NCBI GenBank assembly: GCA_000092065.1
Contig: CP000582.1
Origin: Ostreococcus lucimarinus
Taxonomy: Eukaryota
DNA length: 64,000 nt
Strand: one strand, 5' to 3'
The notes under the pieces were generated by a model that was given only the letters and a program-made list of their open reading frames with translations, had not been told where the DNA came from and searched no databases. Positions 38,906 to 48,332 of this stretch are shown here, in pieces (within the stretch, counting starts at the first letter, position 1; each line of letters begins with the position of its first letter). Both the position numbers and the translations under genes were made by a program.

Positions 38906-40210
38906 ATGACGTTCGCGTTCGCGCCGAGCGCCGCGAACGCCTCGCGCGCGCGCGCGCGGTGCGGGACGATCGCGCACGGCGACGGCGCGCGCACGCCGAC
39001 GCCGACGGCGCTCGCGCCGACGTCCAAGGGCGAACACGCGACGCTCACGAAGGATGTTTTGGACGACGTCGAGACGCGACTGCGCGCCGCGCTGCGCGCG
39101 CGGCGACGCGCGAACGACGACGGGACGAGCGATGAGGGGTGTTTATTCGGATGCGCGCTCGTCGGCGCGCACTTCGCGAGGAAGACGAAGCGCGGGACGA
39201 AGCGGAAGCGCGACGGCGACGAAGCCGAAGGCGAAGAAGCCGAGGGCGACGAGGCGGCGTGTCCGCCGCCGCGGCGATTAACGCTCGGACACTACAGGGA
39301 TTCGATGTACTTTGGTATGAATGCGCAGAATCGCTCGGGTGCGGACGCGTTGGCGTGCGAGACGCCGTATGGGCAGAGGAGTTTGGACGCGCGCGAGTAC
39401 GCGAGGATTTGGCGGTCGGGCGCGGCGCACGCGGCGGTTTCGTTGGCGGATGAACACGGAGGGTGGGAGAGCGCGAAGAAGAGTAAGACAGCGGCGATAC
39501 GTACGTGTGCATGGCTGGATGCGTGCGCGAAAGAGGCGAAAACATTGAGGTTGCCGTTGTTTGGGGCGTTGACGGGGGGCGAACACGCAGAGGTGCGCGA
39601 AGAGTGTTCGCGTCGAGTGGCGGAACGGGATGATGACGTCGTGGGGTACGCGCTGAGCGGGTTCTTCGCCGGTGAAGACGTCAGTACGCGAGGAGCGTGC
39701 GTAGAGGCGTCGTTGAAGCACATCCCGAGCGAGAAACCGCGCTATTTGTCGGGGACGACGACGGTGGAAGACATCGTGGACAACATCGACAGAGGCGTCG
39801 ACGTGTTCGACGCGAGTTGGGCGAGCGAAACTGCGCAACGCGGGCGCGCGTTTTGTTTCCCAGTCGATGAAGAAGATGATGAGATGGAAGCAGAAGACGC
39901 CGAATCGCGCGCGACGTCGGGGAGCGACGCGTATTCCATCAACATTTGGTCGACGTCGTACAAGACGGATTTCACCCCGTTCATTCGCGGAGACCGCTGT
40001 CGCTGCCCCGCGTGCGCCGAGCACACTCGGGCCTACGTGCATCACTTATTACAAGCGCACGAGATGACCGCGGACGTCTTGCTCGAGGCGCATAACCTAT
40101 ATCACATCGCCGCGTTCTTTGCCGCGGCGAGACGCGCGATTCGGTGCGGTCGGTGGCAAGAATTTGCCGCCTTCCACCGCGCGTACGCCCAGCGCGCGCG
40201 CGAAACGTAG
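38906..40210 (+). CDS. Queuine tRNA-ribosyltransferase accessory subunit (QTRT2/QTRTD1-like)
   Basis: C-terminal Zn-site CRCPACAEHTRAYVHHLLQAHEMTADVLLEAHNL is typical of the TGT family. The ORF-track start at 38852 is a GTG; the first ATG is 38906. Confidence 0.55.
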   Translation: MTFAFAPSAANASRARARCGTIAHGDGARTPTPTALAPTSKGEHATLTKDVLDDVETRLRAALRARRRANDDGTSDEGCLFGCALVGAHFARKTKRGTKRKRDGDEAEGEEAEGDEAACPPPRRLTLGHYRDSMYFGMNAQNRSGADALACETPYGQRSLDAREYARIWRSGAAHAAVSLADEHGGWESAKKSKTAAIRTCAWLDACAKEAKTLRLPLFGALTGGEHAEVREECSRRVAERDDDVVGYALSGFFAGEDVSTRGACVEASLKHIPSEKPRYLSGTTTVEDIVDNIDRGVDVFDASWASETAQRGRAFCFPVDEEDDEMEAEDAESRATSGSDAYSINIWSTSYKTDFTPFIRGDRCRCPACAEHTRAYVHHLLQAHEMTADVLLEAHNLYHIAAFFAAARRAIRCGRWQEFAAFHRAYAQRARET

Positions 40211-40231
40211 TGTTAGACATAGTTATAGCAT

Positions 40232-42451
40232 ATGATTCTTCGCGTTTGCTCGAAGCGCGCGCGCGCGACTCCGATGAAAACATTCAAAGCGCTCGCGCGT
40301 CCCGGTCGCCATCCGCAGTCCTCGATGCCCCTGATGCGCACCGTCGACGCCAAACCCGCCGTTCTCGCGCGTTGGCGCCGCCCATCGCCTCGAACGTCGT
40401 CGCGCGCCGCGTCATCGCGCGATCCGAGCGACGCGCGACCTGCAATTTTGGGTTTCGGCAGCGCCGGCGTGGACTACATAGCCAAACTCGACGGCGCTTT
40501 CCCGACGCCTGACGCCAAAACGCGCGCGTCCGAGCTCGAAATCGTGGGCGGAGGGAACTGCGCGAACGCGCTCGTCGCCGCTTCGCGCCTTGGCGCGCGC
40601 ACGGCGCTGGTCTCGAAAGTGGGAACCGACGGGGTGGGGACGCAGATTTTGACAGAGCTGGGCGAACGCGAAGGCGTCGACGTGTCTCATGTCGTACGAC
40701 GCGGGAACAGGTCGCCTTTCACGTACATCATGGTCACATCGTCGTCAAACGGAGATGGAGAGTCCACGCGAACGTGCGTGCACACGCCTGGGGAGACGTT
40801 GGAGGTGGAAGAGTTGGGCGACGTCGCCGCGCTGCTGGAAGCGGTTCATCCGGATGTCGTCTTCTTCGATGGACGACTCACAGAGAGCGCTATCGCGCTC
40901 GCGCGCGTCGCGGAAACGCGTGGAATTAGGGTGCTCGTCGAGTGTGAACGATTGAGAGATGGACTAGACGAACTTGTGCGGCTTGCGGACGTCGTGGTGA
41001 CGTCGAAGAATTACCCGCTTGATAGATTTACGGAGACGAAGACGCTAGGAGACGCGATGACAGAAATGTTTGCGTGTTTGCCGAAGGCAAAAGTGATGGT
41101 GACGACGCTCGGCGCGCGAGGGGCGGTAGCTTTGGTACGAGATGGTGTCGAAACTCCGGAAGTGGGGGAAGGGACGGCGTTGGATGACGTCGTGTCGAGA
41201 TTGGAGAACGCGGCCCTCCGCGGCGATGACGAGACGCCCGGACCGAGCGTGGAGACGGAATCCTTGGTAATCCGAGACGCAAGCGGCGAACGACGTTTCA
41301 AGGCAAAAGTTGTGTTCACGCCGGCGAAACGTTTGACGGACAACCAAGTGGTCGACACCACCGGGGCAGGCGACGCGTTCATAGGCACGCTCGCAATGTC
41401 GGCGTGCTCGGAGGATTTCAACGTCGCCAGCGCGATGCGCCTTGGCGCATACGTTGCGGCGACGAAATGCGGTGGCATTGGAGCGCGAAGCGCATTGCCG
41501 CATCGCAAAGATATTCCAGAATCATTATTTGAAGAATATCCGCTCAAATCGGCGTCGTCGCGCCGAGCGGCAATTTTCTCACTCGTCCTCGCTGGCCTAT
41601 CCTCGCTCGCCGAACCCGCGACTGCGGCGGACGAAGTGGACACGAAGAAACTTACCGAACTCTTCAACCGAGCCATGCAAGCGACGACGTATGAAGAGAG
41701 TGAAGCGATCTGGACCAAGGCGATAGAGCTCTCGCCCGAGGGTTCGCGCGCGCGGAGTGCGGCGTTTTCGAACCGTGGCACGCTTCGACTGCAGTATCAG
41801 GAATGGCAGGGCGCGGTGGACGATCTCCAAGCAAGCGTAGACCTCGACGGGAATAATCCCGATCCGCTGTCGTTGAATAATCTCGGCAACGCCAAGGGCG
41901 CGCTCAATCAGTGGGACTCCGCGATGGCAGATTTTCTGGAAGCGTCGAGGACGGAGGACATGCGAGCCATCGCGCTGGCAAACTACGCGTTGGCGGCGTT
42001 TCAGACCGAGCGCGATGATTTGGCGATAACCACGGCTCGAAAGCTTTTGAGAAGAGATCCAGAATTTTTAGACATGCGCGCCGCTTTATCGGCGTTCCTT
42101 TGGAGTGAAGGTCGTTTCGACGACGCCGAGGCGGAGTGGACTTTTCTGTGTAAGAGTGGACGCGGTTTCGGCGCCAAGCGTTCAGCGGAAGAGAAACGCG
42201 ATGCCGGCGCCATCGCGTACGGCTTCGAGCTCTTCACGCAGTCTGCAAATCAAATCGTCGCCGAACTAGACGGTGGTGTCAAAGACGCCGGTTTAGACAC
42301 GCCGTGTCGGCTGTACAAGACGACCGACACGGTGGCCAACCGCTGGCCTCCGCGCGCCACCGCCGCGTTGGATGCCTTCTTACGCGTCCGAGGCGACGGC
42401 CAAGCACTCGATTACGACGGTCGCGTGAAGACGTTCAATTTTAGGCATTAA
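40232..42451 (+). CDS. pfkB-family carbohydrate kinase fused to a C-terminal TPR-repeat domain, with transit-peptide-like N-terminus
   Basis: GGGNCANALVAASRLG and DTTGAGDAFIGTLA (pfkB motifs). C-terminal ~300 aa of TPR-like repeats (SNRGTLRLQYQEWQGAVDDLQASVDLD...). Confidence 0.6.
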   Translation: MILRVCSKRARATPMKTFKALARPGRHPQSSMPLMRTVDAKPAVLARWRRPSPRTSSRAASSRDPSDARPAILGFGSAGVDYIAKLDGAFPTPDAKTRASELEIVGGGNCANALVAASRLGARTALVSKVGTDGVGTQILTELGEREGVDVSHVVRRGNRSPFTYIMVTSSSNGDGESTRTCVHTPGETLEVEELGDVAALLEAVHPDVVFFDGRLTESAIALARVAETRGIRVLVECERLRDGLDELVRLADVVVTSKNYPLDRFTETKTLGDAMTEMFACLPKAKVMVTTLGARGAVALVRDGVETPEVGEGTALDDVVSRLENAALRGDDETPGPSVETESLVIRDASGERRFKAKVVFTPAKRLTDNQVVDTTGAGDAFIGTLAMSACSEDFNVASAMRLGAYVAATKCGGIGARSALPHRKDIPESLFEEYPLKSASSRRAAIFSLVLAGLSSLAEPATAADEVDTKKLTELFNRAMQATTYEESEAIWTKAIELSPEGSRARSAAFSNRGTLRLQYQEWQGAVDDLQASVDLDGNNPDPLSLNNLGNAKGALNQWDSAMADFLEASRTEDMRAIALANYALAAFQTERDDLAITTARKLLRRDPEFLDMRAALSAFLWSEGRFDDAEAEWTFLCKSGRGFGAKRSAEEKRDAGAIAYGFELFTQSANQIVAELDGGVKDAGLDTPCRLYKTTDTVANRWPPRATAALDAFLRVRGDGQALDYDGRVKTFNFRH

Positions 42452-42572
42452 TTTACGAATTTCATAGACGCGCTCGTGAACGCAGTTCATTCTCGACGAC
42501 TCGTCGTCGCGCTCGCGTCCCGCGCGGCGCGGCGTCCCGCGCCTCAGTGTCCCGCGCGCCTCCGTCCCCATC

Positions 42573-42983
42573 ATGCGCGCGCTCCGCGCGCTCTCGCGCG
42601 CCGTGGACCCCACGCGCGCGTTCGCGTCGCTCGAATCGTGTTCGACGTCCCGCGCGCGCGCGCGCGCGACGCAAAGCGACGCGAACCTTCCCGTCAAGAC
42701 GCCCAAGCCCAAACGAGACATGACCAACGCCGTCGTCGTCGAGTCCATCCGCCGCAAGAAACTCGCCAAAGGCATCGTCGACGCGCGCTTACCTCCGCCC
42801 GCGCTGTGCCCGACGTGCGAGCGGCGGTTTTGCCGATGCGAGGACCGCGCGCCGGAGCCTCCGCGCGCGCCGCTGGAGAGCGACTGCTGCGCGAGCGAAC
42901 CGGCGTGTAAATTCTGCGTCAAGGTCGTCTACGAGGAGTTATTAGCGGAGTACGAGGCGGTGATGACGAAACGTCACGCGTGA
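42573..42983 (+). CDS. Hypothetical small Cys-rich protein
   Basis: ORF with CPTCERRFCRCEDR...CCASEPACKFC. No family recognised. Confidence 0.3.
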   Translation: MRALRALSRAVDPTRAFASLESCSTSRARARATQSDANLPVKTPKPKRDMTNAVVVESIRRKKLAKGIVDARLPPPALCPTCERRFCRCEDRAPEPPRAPLESDCCASEPACKFCVKVVYEELLAEYEAVMTKRHA

Positions 42984-43095
42984 GCGTCGTCTCGAGGCGC
43001 CGTTCCGCGGCGGCGCGTAGGTAGCGTTGTACATGTACACTATAGTAATTTCTAGCGCTCGCGCCGTCGAGTCGGCGAAATCGAGCGCGCGTTCG

Positions 43096-43587
43096 TCACG
43101 CGCGCGCCACGCGCGCGCTCGCGTGCGCCTCGTCCGCCCCGATCGGTTTCAATCGCACGCTGATTCGCAACGAACACCCACCGCACTCCAACACGCACTC
43201 GTCGTGCAACTCGCGACGCAATCGTTGTAACTCCGCCACCGGTATCTCGTACGCGTCGCCGCACCGACACGCGCGCGCGTACGCGTCCACGCCTCCCGAC
43301 GCCCCGCGCTCGCCCTCGCGCCCCATCATCACGCACACCACGTCCATCTCCTCCGCGTCGATCGTCTCCGCGAGCGGTCGCGCGCGCCTCGACGCGAGCG
43401 CGGCGTCGTATCGCTTCCGCGCCGTCGCGTCCACGAGGCAGTCGTACGCGCGTTTGAGCTCGAGAAACGCGCGCGCGTCGCCGCGCGCGCGATCGGGGTG
43501 CGCGCGGAGCGCCGCGCGCTTGTACGCGTCGCGCACCTGCGCGGCGTCGGCGGACGAGGGGACGCCGAGGGTGGCGTAGTGATCCAT
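43096..43587 (-). CDS. DPH4: DPH4 / DnaJC24-like (J domain plus CSL zinc finger)
   Basis: J domain DHYATLGV...AYKRAALRAHPDR. CSL-type finger YARACRCGDAYEIPVAELQ...CGGCSLRI. Confidence 0.7.
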   Translation of the reverse strand: MDHYATLGVPSSADAAQVRDAYKRAALRAHPDRARGDARAFLELKRAYDCLVDATARKRYDAALASRRARPLAETIDAEEMDVVCVMMGREGERGASGGVDAYARACRCGDAYEIPVAELQRLRRELHDECVLECGGCSLRISVRLKPIGADEAHASARVARA

Positions 43588-43773
43588 GAAGTGCGGCGAC
43601 GCGACGCCGAGCGGCGAAGGCGACGCGGCGAGCGGCGAACGCGGCGACGCGGCGCGGGCGAGCGCGCGCGCGGCGAGCGCGCGAATGATTTACATGGATA
43701 ATTTACAACGATCGCGGCGATGGAAACGTCACGGCTCGATGTCCTCGCGCGAGGCCGTCGTCGACGCGACGAC

Positions 43774-46521
43774 CTAACTCGGCGTCGATCGAAGCGTCGA
43801 GGTGACGGCGACGATCAAACGTTCGAGGGAATCCACGGTTTGATCGCTCGCGGCGTCGTCGCCGCTCTTCATCGCGGCGCACGCGTCCGTCATCGTCGTG
43901 GTGTGTCGTCGCGCGATGTCGAGAACTGGGGATTTCAATTCGACCTCGGCGTCGCCGGCGAAGAGCGTTCTGACGGCGTCGGCGGTGCGAAGCATGAATT
44001 CGGCGGCGACGTCCACGTCGACTTCTTCGGGAGATTGTCGAAGAGGCATGTCGTTCCAATCTTCGATCAACGTTCGAAACGACTTACTCATCAATTCGAA
44101 CGCTTCTGCGGCGAATTTACGAGCATCATCGATAGAATCTCTTCGGCGCTCGATTTCGGCTTCGACGATTTCGTGCGCGAGTACCCATCCTGTGAGTGTC
44201 GTCTTCCCGCGCTGCGCGAGCGTTCTCGTCGGCGAAGACGCGCTTCTGTCAAAGAGTCCGCCAAACGTTAACGCGATATAGACTCCGCTCCTCGTAAGGT
44301 CTGCCGCACACAAAGTTTCCGCGACGGCGCGTACGAGAGCGTCGGCGGCGGCGCCGTCGGCGAAACGTCCCAAATGCGCGCTCGGCGACTCGATCGTCGT
44401 TAACGCGCGTTTCGCCAAAGCCACGCGCGTCGCTCCAGGTGTTACTGCGCACGTTGCGTCTATGAACGCAACAGCACATTGGGGTGCGATGCGATATAGC
44501 AAGTGCGTGGTGGCTTCAAACGGGGCGAACGCGACGGTCGCCGGCGCCGGCGTCTCTGACGCGTCGACTCGCGACGCCATGGCGGTGACGAGCTCTTCAA
44601 TCGCGACCTTTGCATCCGATTCATCTTCTTGCGGAAACAATAATGGTTTATCGCCCCACACCGCATCTATCAAGGTTGCGAGCGCGGCGCCGTCGCGAAA
44701 CGCCAGCAACGCGCGCGCGCCGACCCAAGCGTACGCGGGTAAATTCTCTCCGCGCGAAGATTCGAGCTCGCGCACGAGCCCTGAGAGATGAACGTCGTCG
44801 CTGATGACACCGTCCCTTTGAGACGCGCCGCCCGTTGCGCGCAATGCGTCCCAGTCCGTGAGAAGAATATCCCGCGCTTCGTGGACGCTCGCGCTAGCTT
44901 GACGCGAGAACGCTTCGCAATCCGCCGACGCTCGCTCGAGCGTCTCTAAAGCTTCGCGCACGGCAAAGTTCCATCTCGCCGCGGCGACTTCATCAAATCG
45001 ACCGTCGAGCCTCGCCTTGAGAAGGAGCGCCGGCGCGATCGCACACGATGCTCTGACGTCTCTGGAACGCGTCGCCAATCGCGCGTCTCTCTTTGTCCTA
45101 AACGCCTCCGTCGCCGTCTCCACCTCGCGTCGCGCGGTGATTAAAGCGCGAGCGAGAGCCTCCTTCGACGCGCCGTACATCTCTACGTCGGCTAGAACCT
45201 TGTCGATATGCTCCAGGTCGTACAGAGTCGTCGACATCAGTATGGGTTCCACCACTTTCGACAACGCGCTCGGGACGTGCAGCGAACACCGGAACACGGG
45301 CGCGAGCGCGCCCGGCGAGTACGCTCGCGCATACATACCGGCGACGCCTCCGTTGACGAGTTCAAACGCGTGCTCTTGCGAAGAAATCGTCGCGTGCGAT
45401 TCGCTCGCGGCGCGCGGCAATTCAGGCAGCGTCGCGGAATCGACCAACGCGCCCGTGCTCGCGTGAAACACGCGAATCAACCGTCGCTCCGACGCGGCGT
45501 CGAACGAGGCGACCCACAAAAACGCACCGTGTCGCGCGATGCTCATCGCGCGCTCACCCGCGCGCATCTCTTGACCGTCTTCATCCTCCTTCGTCGCCGA
45601 AACGCGCCCGAACGCGCACACCTCCTCCACCGCGTGCGCGACGTCGTCGTCGTCGCGTCGCTCGCCCGGCGCGCCGAGCGCCGGCAGCACCACGAACGCC
45701 CTTTCCGCGTCGACGTCCGCGCACACGAGCGCGCGATCCGGAAACGACACGCTCGTCAACAGCGCCCTCGACGGTCCACTCCCACCATCCATCCCGCCGT
45801 CGCGCGTCGCCCCTCGCGCGTCGACGCGCGCCGTCGCTCGCCGCAATCGACAATTCCACCTATAAAGCACCCCACTTCGCGTCGTCACCCAAAAATCCTC
45901 CCCTCCCGCGCTCACCACCCCCACCAACCCCTCATACGTCGCGCTCGCCACCGTTTCTCCCGCGTTCGCGCTCGCCGCCCCCCCCACCACTCGCACCGCC
46001 ACCCGTCCCGCGTCGCCGTCGCCCGCCGCGCTCGCCGTCGCCGCGTACGTCGTCCCATCGCTCCCCTCGCACGCGCACATCCCGAAGCAGTCCCCGACCC
46101 GCGCGCCGCTTCCCCCCGTCCCATCTCGCGCCGATTTCGTCCCCTCCGCGACGATCGGCGGCGCGCCCGCGTACGGCGGCGTCGTCGTCCCGCGCAGCGC
46201 GCCGCCGCCGTCGCGTCGCCACGCCGCGATCGCGCCGTCCCGCCTCGCCGCGATCGCGCCGTCGCGCGTGCTCGCCAAGCGCGCGCACGGCGACGCACCG
46301 AAAAGCGCGACGTGTCGCGTCGTCCACCCGTCGTCGTCGTCGTCGTCGTCGTCGAGCGTCGCGCGTCGCGTCGATTCGACGCGCCTTTCGAGCGTCGCGA
46401 CGACGCGTCCGCCGTCGCCGGCGCAGACGAGCGCGCGGGCGTCGGCGAGCGCGACGAGGGCGTCGCCGCAGTCCGGCGGCGGGCGACGGCGCGACGCGAC
46501 GGCGTCGACGACGAGCGGCAT
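43774..46521 (-). CDS. Large conserved hypothetical protein (beta-propeller-like N-region plus alpha-helical C-region)
   Basis: 915-aa uninterrupted ORF with ordinary, not Arg/Ala-biased, composition. No diagnostic motif. Confidence 0.4.
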   Translation of the reverse strand: MPLVVDAVASRRRPPPDCGDALVALADARALVCAGDGGRVVATLERRVESTRRATLDDDDDDDDGWTTRHVALFGASPCARLASTRDGAIAARRDGAIAAWRRDGGGALRGTTTPPYAGAPPIVAEGTKSARDGTGGSGARVGDCFGMCACEGSDGTTYAATASAAGDGDAGRVAVRVVGGAASANAGETVASATYEGLVGVVSAGGEDFWVTTRSGVLYRWNCRLRRATARVDARGATRDGGMDGGSGPSRALLTSVSFPDRALVCADVDAERAFVVLPALGAPGERRDDDDVAHAVEEVCAFGRVSATKEDEDGQEMRAGERAMSIARHGAFLWVASFDAASERRLIRVFHASTGALVDSATLPELPRAASESHATISSQEHAFELVNGGVAGMYARAYSPGALAPVFRCSLHVPSALSKVVEPILMSTTLYDLEHIDKVLADVEMYGASKEALARALITARREVETATEAFRTKRDARLATRSRDVRASCAIAPALLLKARLDGRFDEVAAARWNFAVREALETLERASADCEAFSRQASASVHEARDILLTDWDALRATGGASQRDGVISDDVHLSGLVRELESSRGENLPAYAWVGARALLAFRDGAALATLIDAVWGDKPLLFPQEDESDAKVAIEELVTAMASRVDASETPAPATVAFAPFEATTHLLYRIAPQCAVAFIDATCAVTPGATRVALAKRALTTIESPSAHLGRFADGAAADALVRAVAETLCAADLTRSGVYIALTFGGLFDRSASSPTRTLAQRGKTTLTGWVLAHEIVEAEIERRRDSIDDARKFAAEAFELMSKSFRTLIEDWNDMPLRQSPEEVDVDVAAEFMLRTADAVRTLFAGDAEVELKSPVLDIARRHTTTMTDACAAMKSGDDAASDQTVDSLERLIVAVTSTLRSTPS

Positions 46522-46560
46522 TCGCGTCGCGCGGTGGCGTCGGGGCGAAATATCTTTCGT

Positions 46561-47029
46561 CAGACTGTTTGCGCATACGAGGTGGTTTGGTACGTGTCGT
46601 CACACTGTTTGCGCATACGAGGTGGTTTGGTACGTGTCGTCACACTGTTTGCGCATACGAGGTGGTTTGGTACGTGTCGTCACACTGTTTGCGCATACGA
46701 GGTGGTTTGGTACGTGTCGTCACACTGTTTGCGCATACGAGGTGGTTTGGTACGTGTCGTCATACTGTTTGCGCATACGAGGTGGTTTGGTACATGTCGT
46801 CACACTGTTTGCGCATACGAGGTGGTTTGGTACGTGTCGTCACACTGTTTGCGCATACGAGGTGGTTTGGTACGTGTCGTCACACTGTTTGCGCATACGA
46901 GGTGGTTTGGTACGTGTCGTCATACTGTTTGCGCATACGAGGTGGTTTGGTACATGTCGTCACACTGTTTGCGCATACGAGGTGGTTTGGTACATGTCAT
47001 CACACTGTTTGCGCATACGAGGTGGTTTG
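46561..47029. repeat. Minisatellite: 40-bp unit x ~11.7 (cacactgtttgcgcatacgaggtggtttggtacgtgtcgt)
   Basis: Head-to-tail copies at 46561, 46601, ... 47001 with point variants (cagactg, catactg, tacatgtcgt, tacatgtcat). Lies between divergent start codons at 46521 and 47306. Confidence 0.95.
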
Positions 47030-47305
47030 AAACGGACGCGCGATCGACGTCGCGGCGGCACAGCGCGCGCGCGACGCGGAGGACGACGCGCGACGCCGAG
47101 GATACGCGCGCGATAAATCGCGCGCGCGTCGAGCGTCGACGCGCGATCGTCGCGGCGTCCGCGGCGAGAGGAATCGCGCTTCGAAGGTTTGATTTAATTA
47201 ATTCAAACGAAGAAACGGTTCGAACGACGCGACGAAAAGAGGACGCGACGACGCGCGAACGCGCGAACGCGCGAACGCGAGGACGCGAGGACGACGACGA
47301 CGCGG

Positions 47306-48172
47306 ATGTCGACGCGCGCGCGCGCGGCGGGACGAGCGAGCGCGGCGCGGCGGGACGACGCGGGGACGACGCGCGCGGCGACGACGCTCGCGCGCTTCGT
47401 CGTTCGCGACGACGGCGCGCGGCGCGCGGAGGAGGAACGCGCGCGGAAACGGGCGGAGATGGTGCGGTATAGACGCGCGCTGGACGCGCAGATGGCGGAG
47501 ATGGCGCGAGGACGGGCGCGGGAGGCGGCGCGGGAGGCGAGCGAGCGGGACGCGCGGCGGCGGCGAGACGGCGGCGAGACGGCGAACCGGGAGACGGCGG
47601 AGGAGCTGGCGCGGCGGCGGGACGAGTACGTCGCCGCGCTGGATAGACAGGTGGCGGAGCGGCGCGAACGCGAGAGGAAAAGGCGCGAGGAGGAGGAGAG
47701 ACGGGACAGAGAGGAAAACGAGCGCATTCGGCGACACGTCGAAGAGGAGCGAGCGATTTTACGCGAGAAACGCGCGATGATGGCCGCGCGGGCGGCCGCG
47801 CTCGGTGACGATGAGGGCGATGACGACGATAAGACGCGAAGAAGACGAGCGAATAGGATCACGCACTCGCCGCCGGCGTCGCCGCGACCGGCTTCGACTT
47901 CGGCGTCTCCGCGCGCGCCGCCGTCCTTCGTCGCGCCGCGCGCGGCCAGCGTCGACGCCGACGCTGGATACGTCCCGATTCCCGAATTTCCCGAGTTTCC
48001 CGAGTTTTCGCAACCGGCGACGACGACGGCGTCGTCGAACGAGCGAACACCGCTGACCGACGCCGCGGTGGCGGATTTGACCAACGTCATTCGCGAGCTC
48101 GTCGTCGAGCAGCGCGAACTGAAATCTCGCCTCGCGCGCGCCGAAGCCGCGCTGCGCGCGCGAATCGAGTGA
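47306..48172 (+). CDS. Hypothetical Arg/Glu-rich coiled-coil protein
   Basis: Charged ER-rich heptad-like region (RERERKRREEEERRDREENERIRRHVEEE) plus repeats EFPEFPEF. Confidence 0.35.
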   Translation: MSTRARAAGRASAARRDDAGTTRAATTLARFVVRDDGARRAEEERARKRAEMVRYRRALDAQMAEMARGRAREAAREASERDARRRRDGGETANRETAEELARRRDEYVAALDRQVAERRERERKRREEEERRDREENERIRRHVEEERAILREKRAMMAARAAALGDDEGDDDDKTRRRRANRITHSPPASPRPASTSASPRAPPSFVAPRAASVDADAGYVPIPEFPEFPEFSQPATTTASSNERTPLTDAAVADLTNVIRELVVEQRELKSRLARAEAALRARIE

Positions 48173-48332
48173 CCGACTCGAGCGAGCGGTGAGTAATACC
48201 GAAGCATTTCTCGCTCGAATTCGCGACATTAAACTCGCCGTCTCGCGTCGCCCGCGCGTCACACCTCGCCTCGGCGGAACGTCCACACCGCGCGCGCGCG
48301 TCGGGCCCGATCCCGCGCGCGCGCGGTCGACG

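Noticed and set aside
46561-47029. The 40-bp tandem array considered as a CRISPR array
   Set aside because: The units are directly adjacent with no unique spacers. The genome is eukaryotic and no cas genes are present. It is a minisatellite.
45208-47472. 754-aa plus-strand ORF spanning the minisatellite, and many similar long Arg/Ala/Pro-rich ORFs (e.g. 12496..13425, 14182..15270, 20342..21460, 20631..21848, 28346..29023, 29227..31080, 32576..33487, 33010..33825, 45932..46603, 47203..48207, 51543..52853, 51864..52685, 56884..57990, 60176..61351)
   Set aside because: They are antisense to, or frame-shifted over, well-supported genes, or they run through >70% GC spacers and the tandem repeat. 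Their Arg/Ala/Pro/Gly-dominated translations are the usual stop-codon-poor artefact of GC-rich DNA. None has a recognisable motif.
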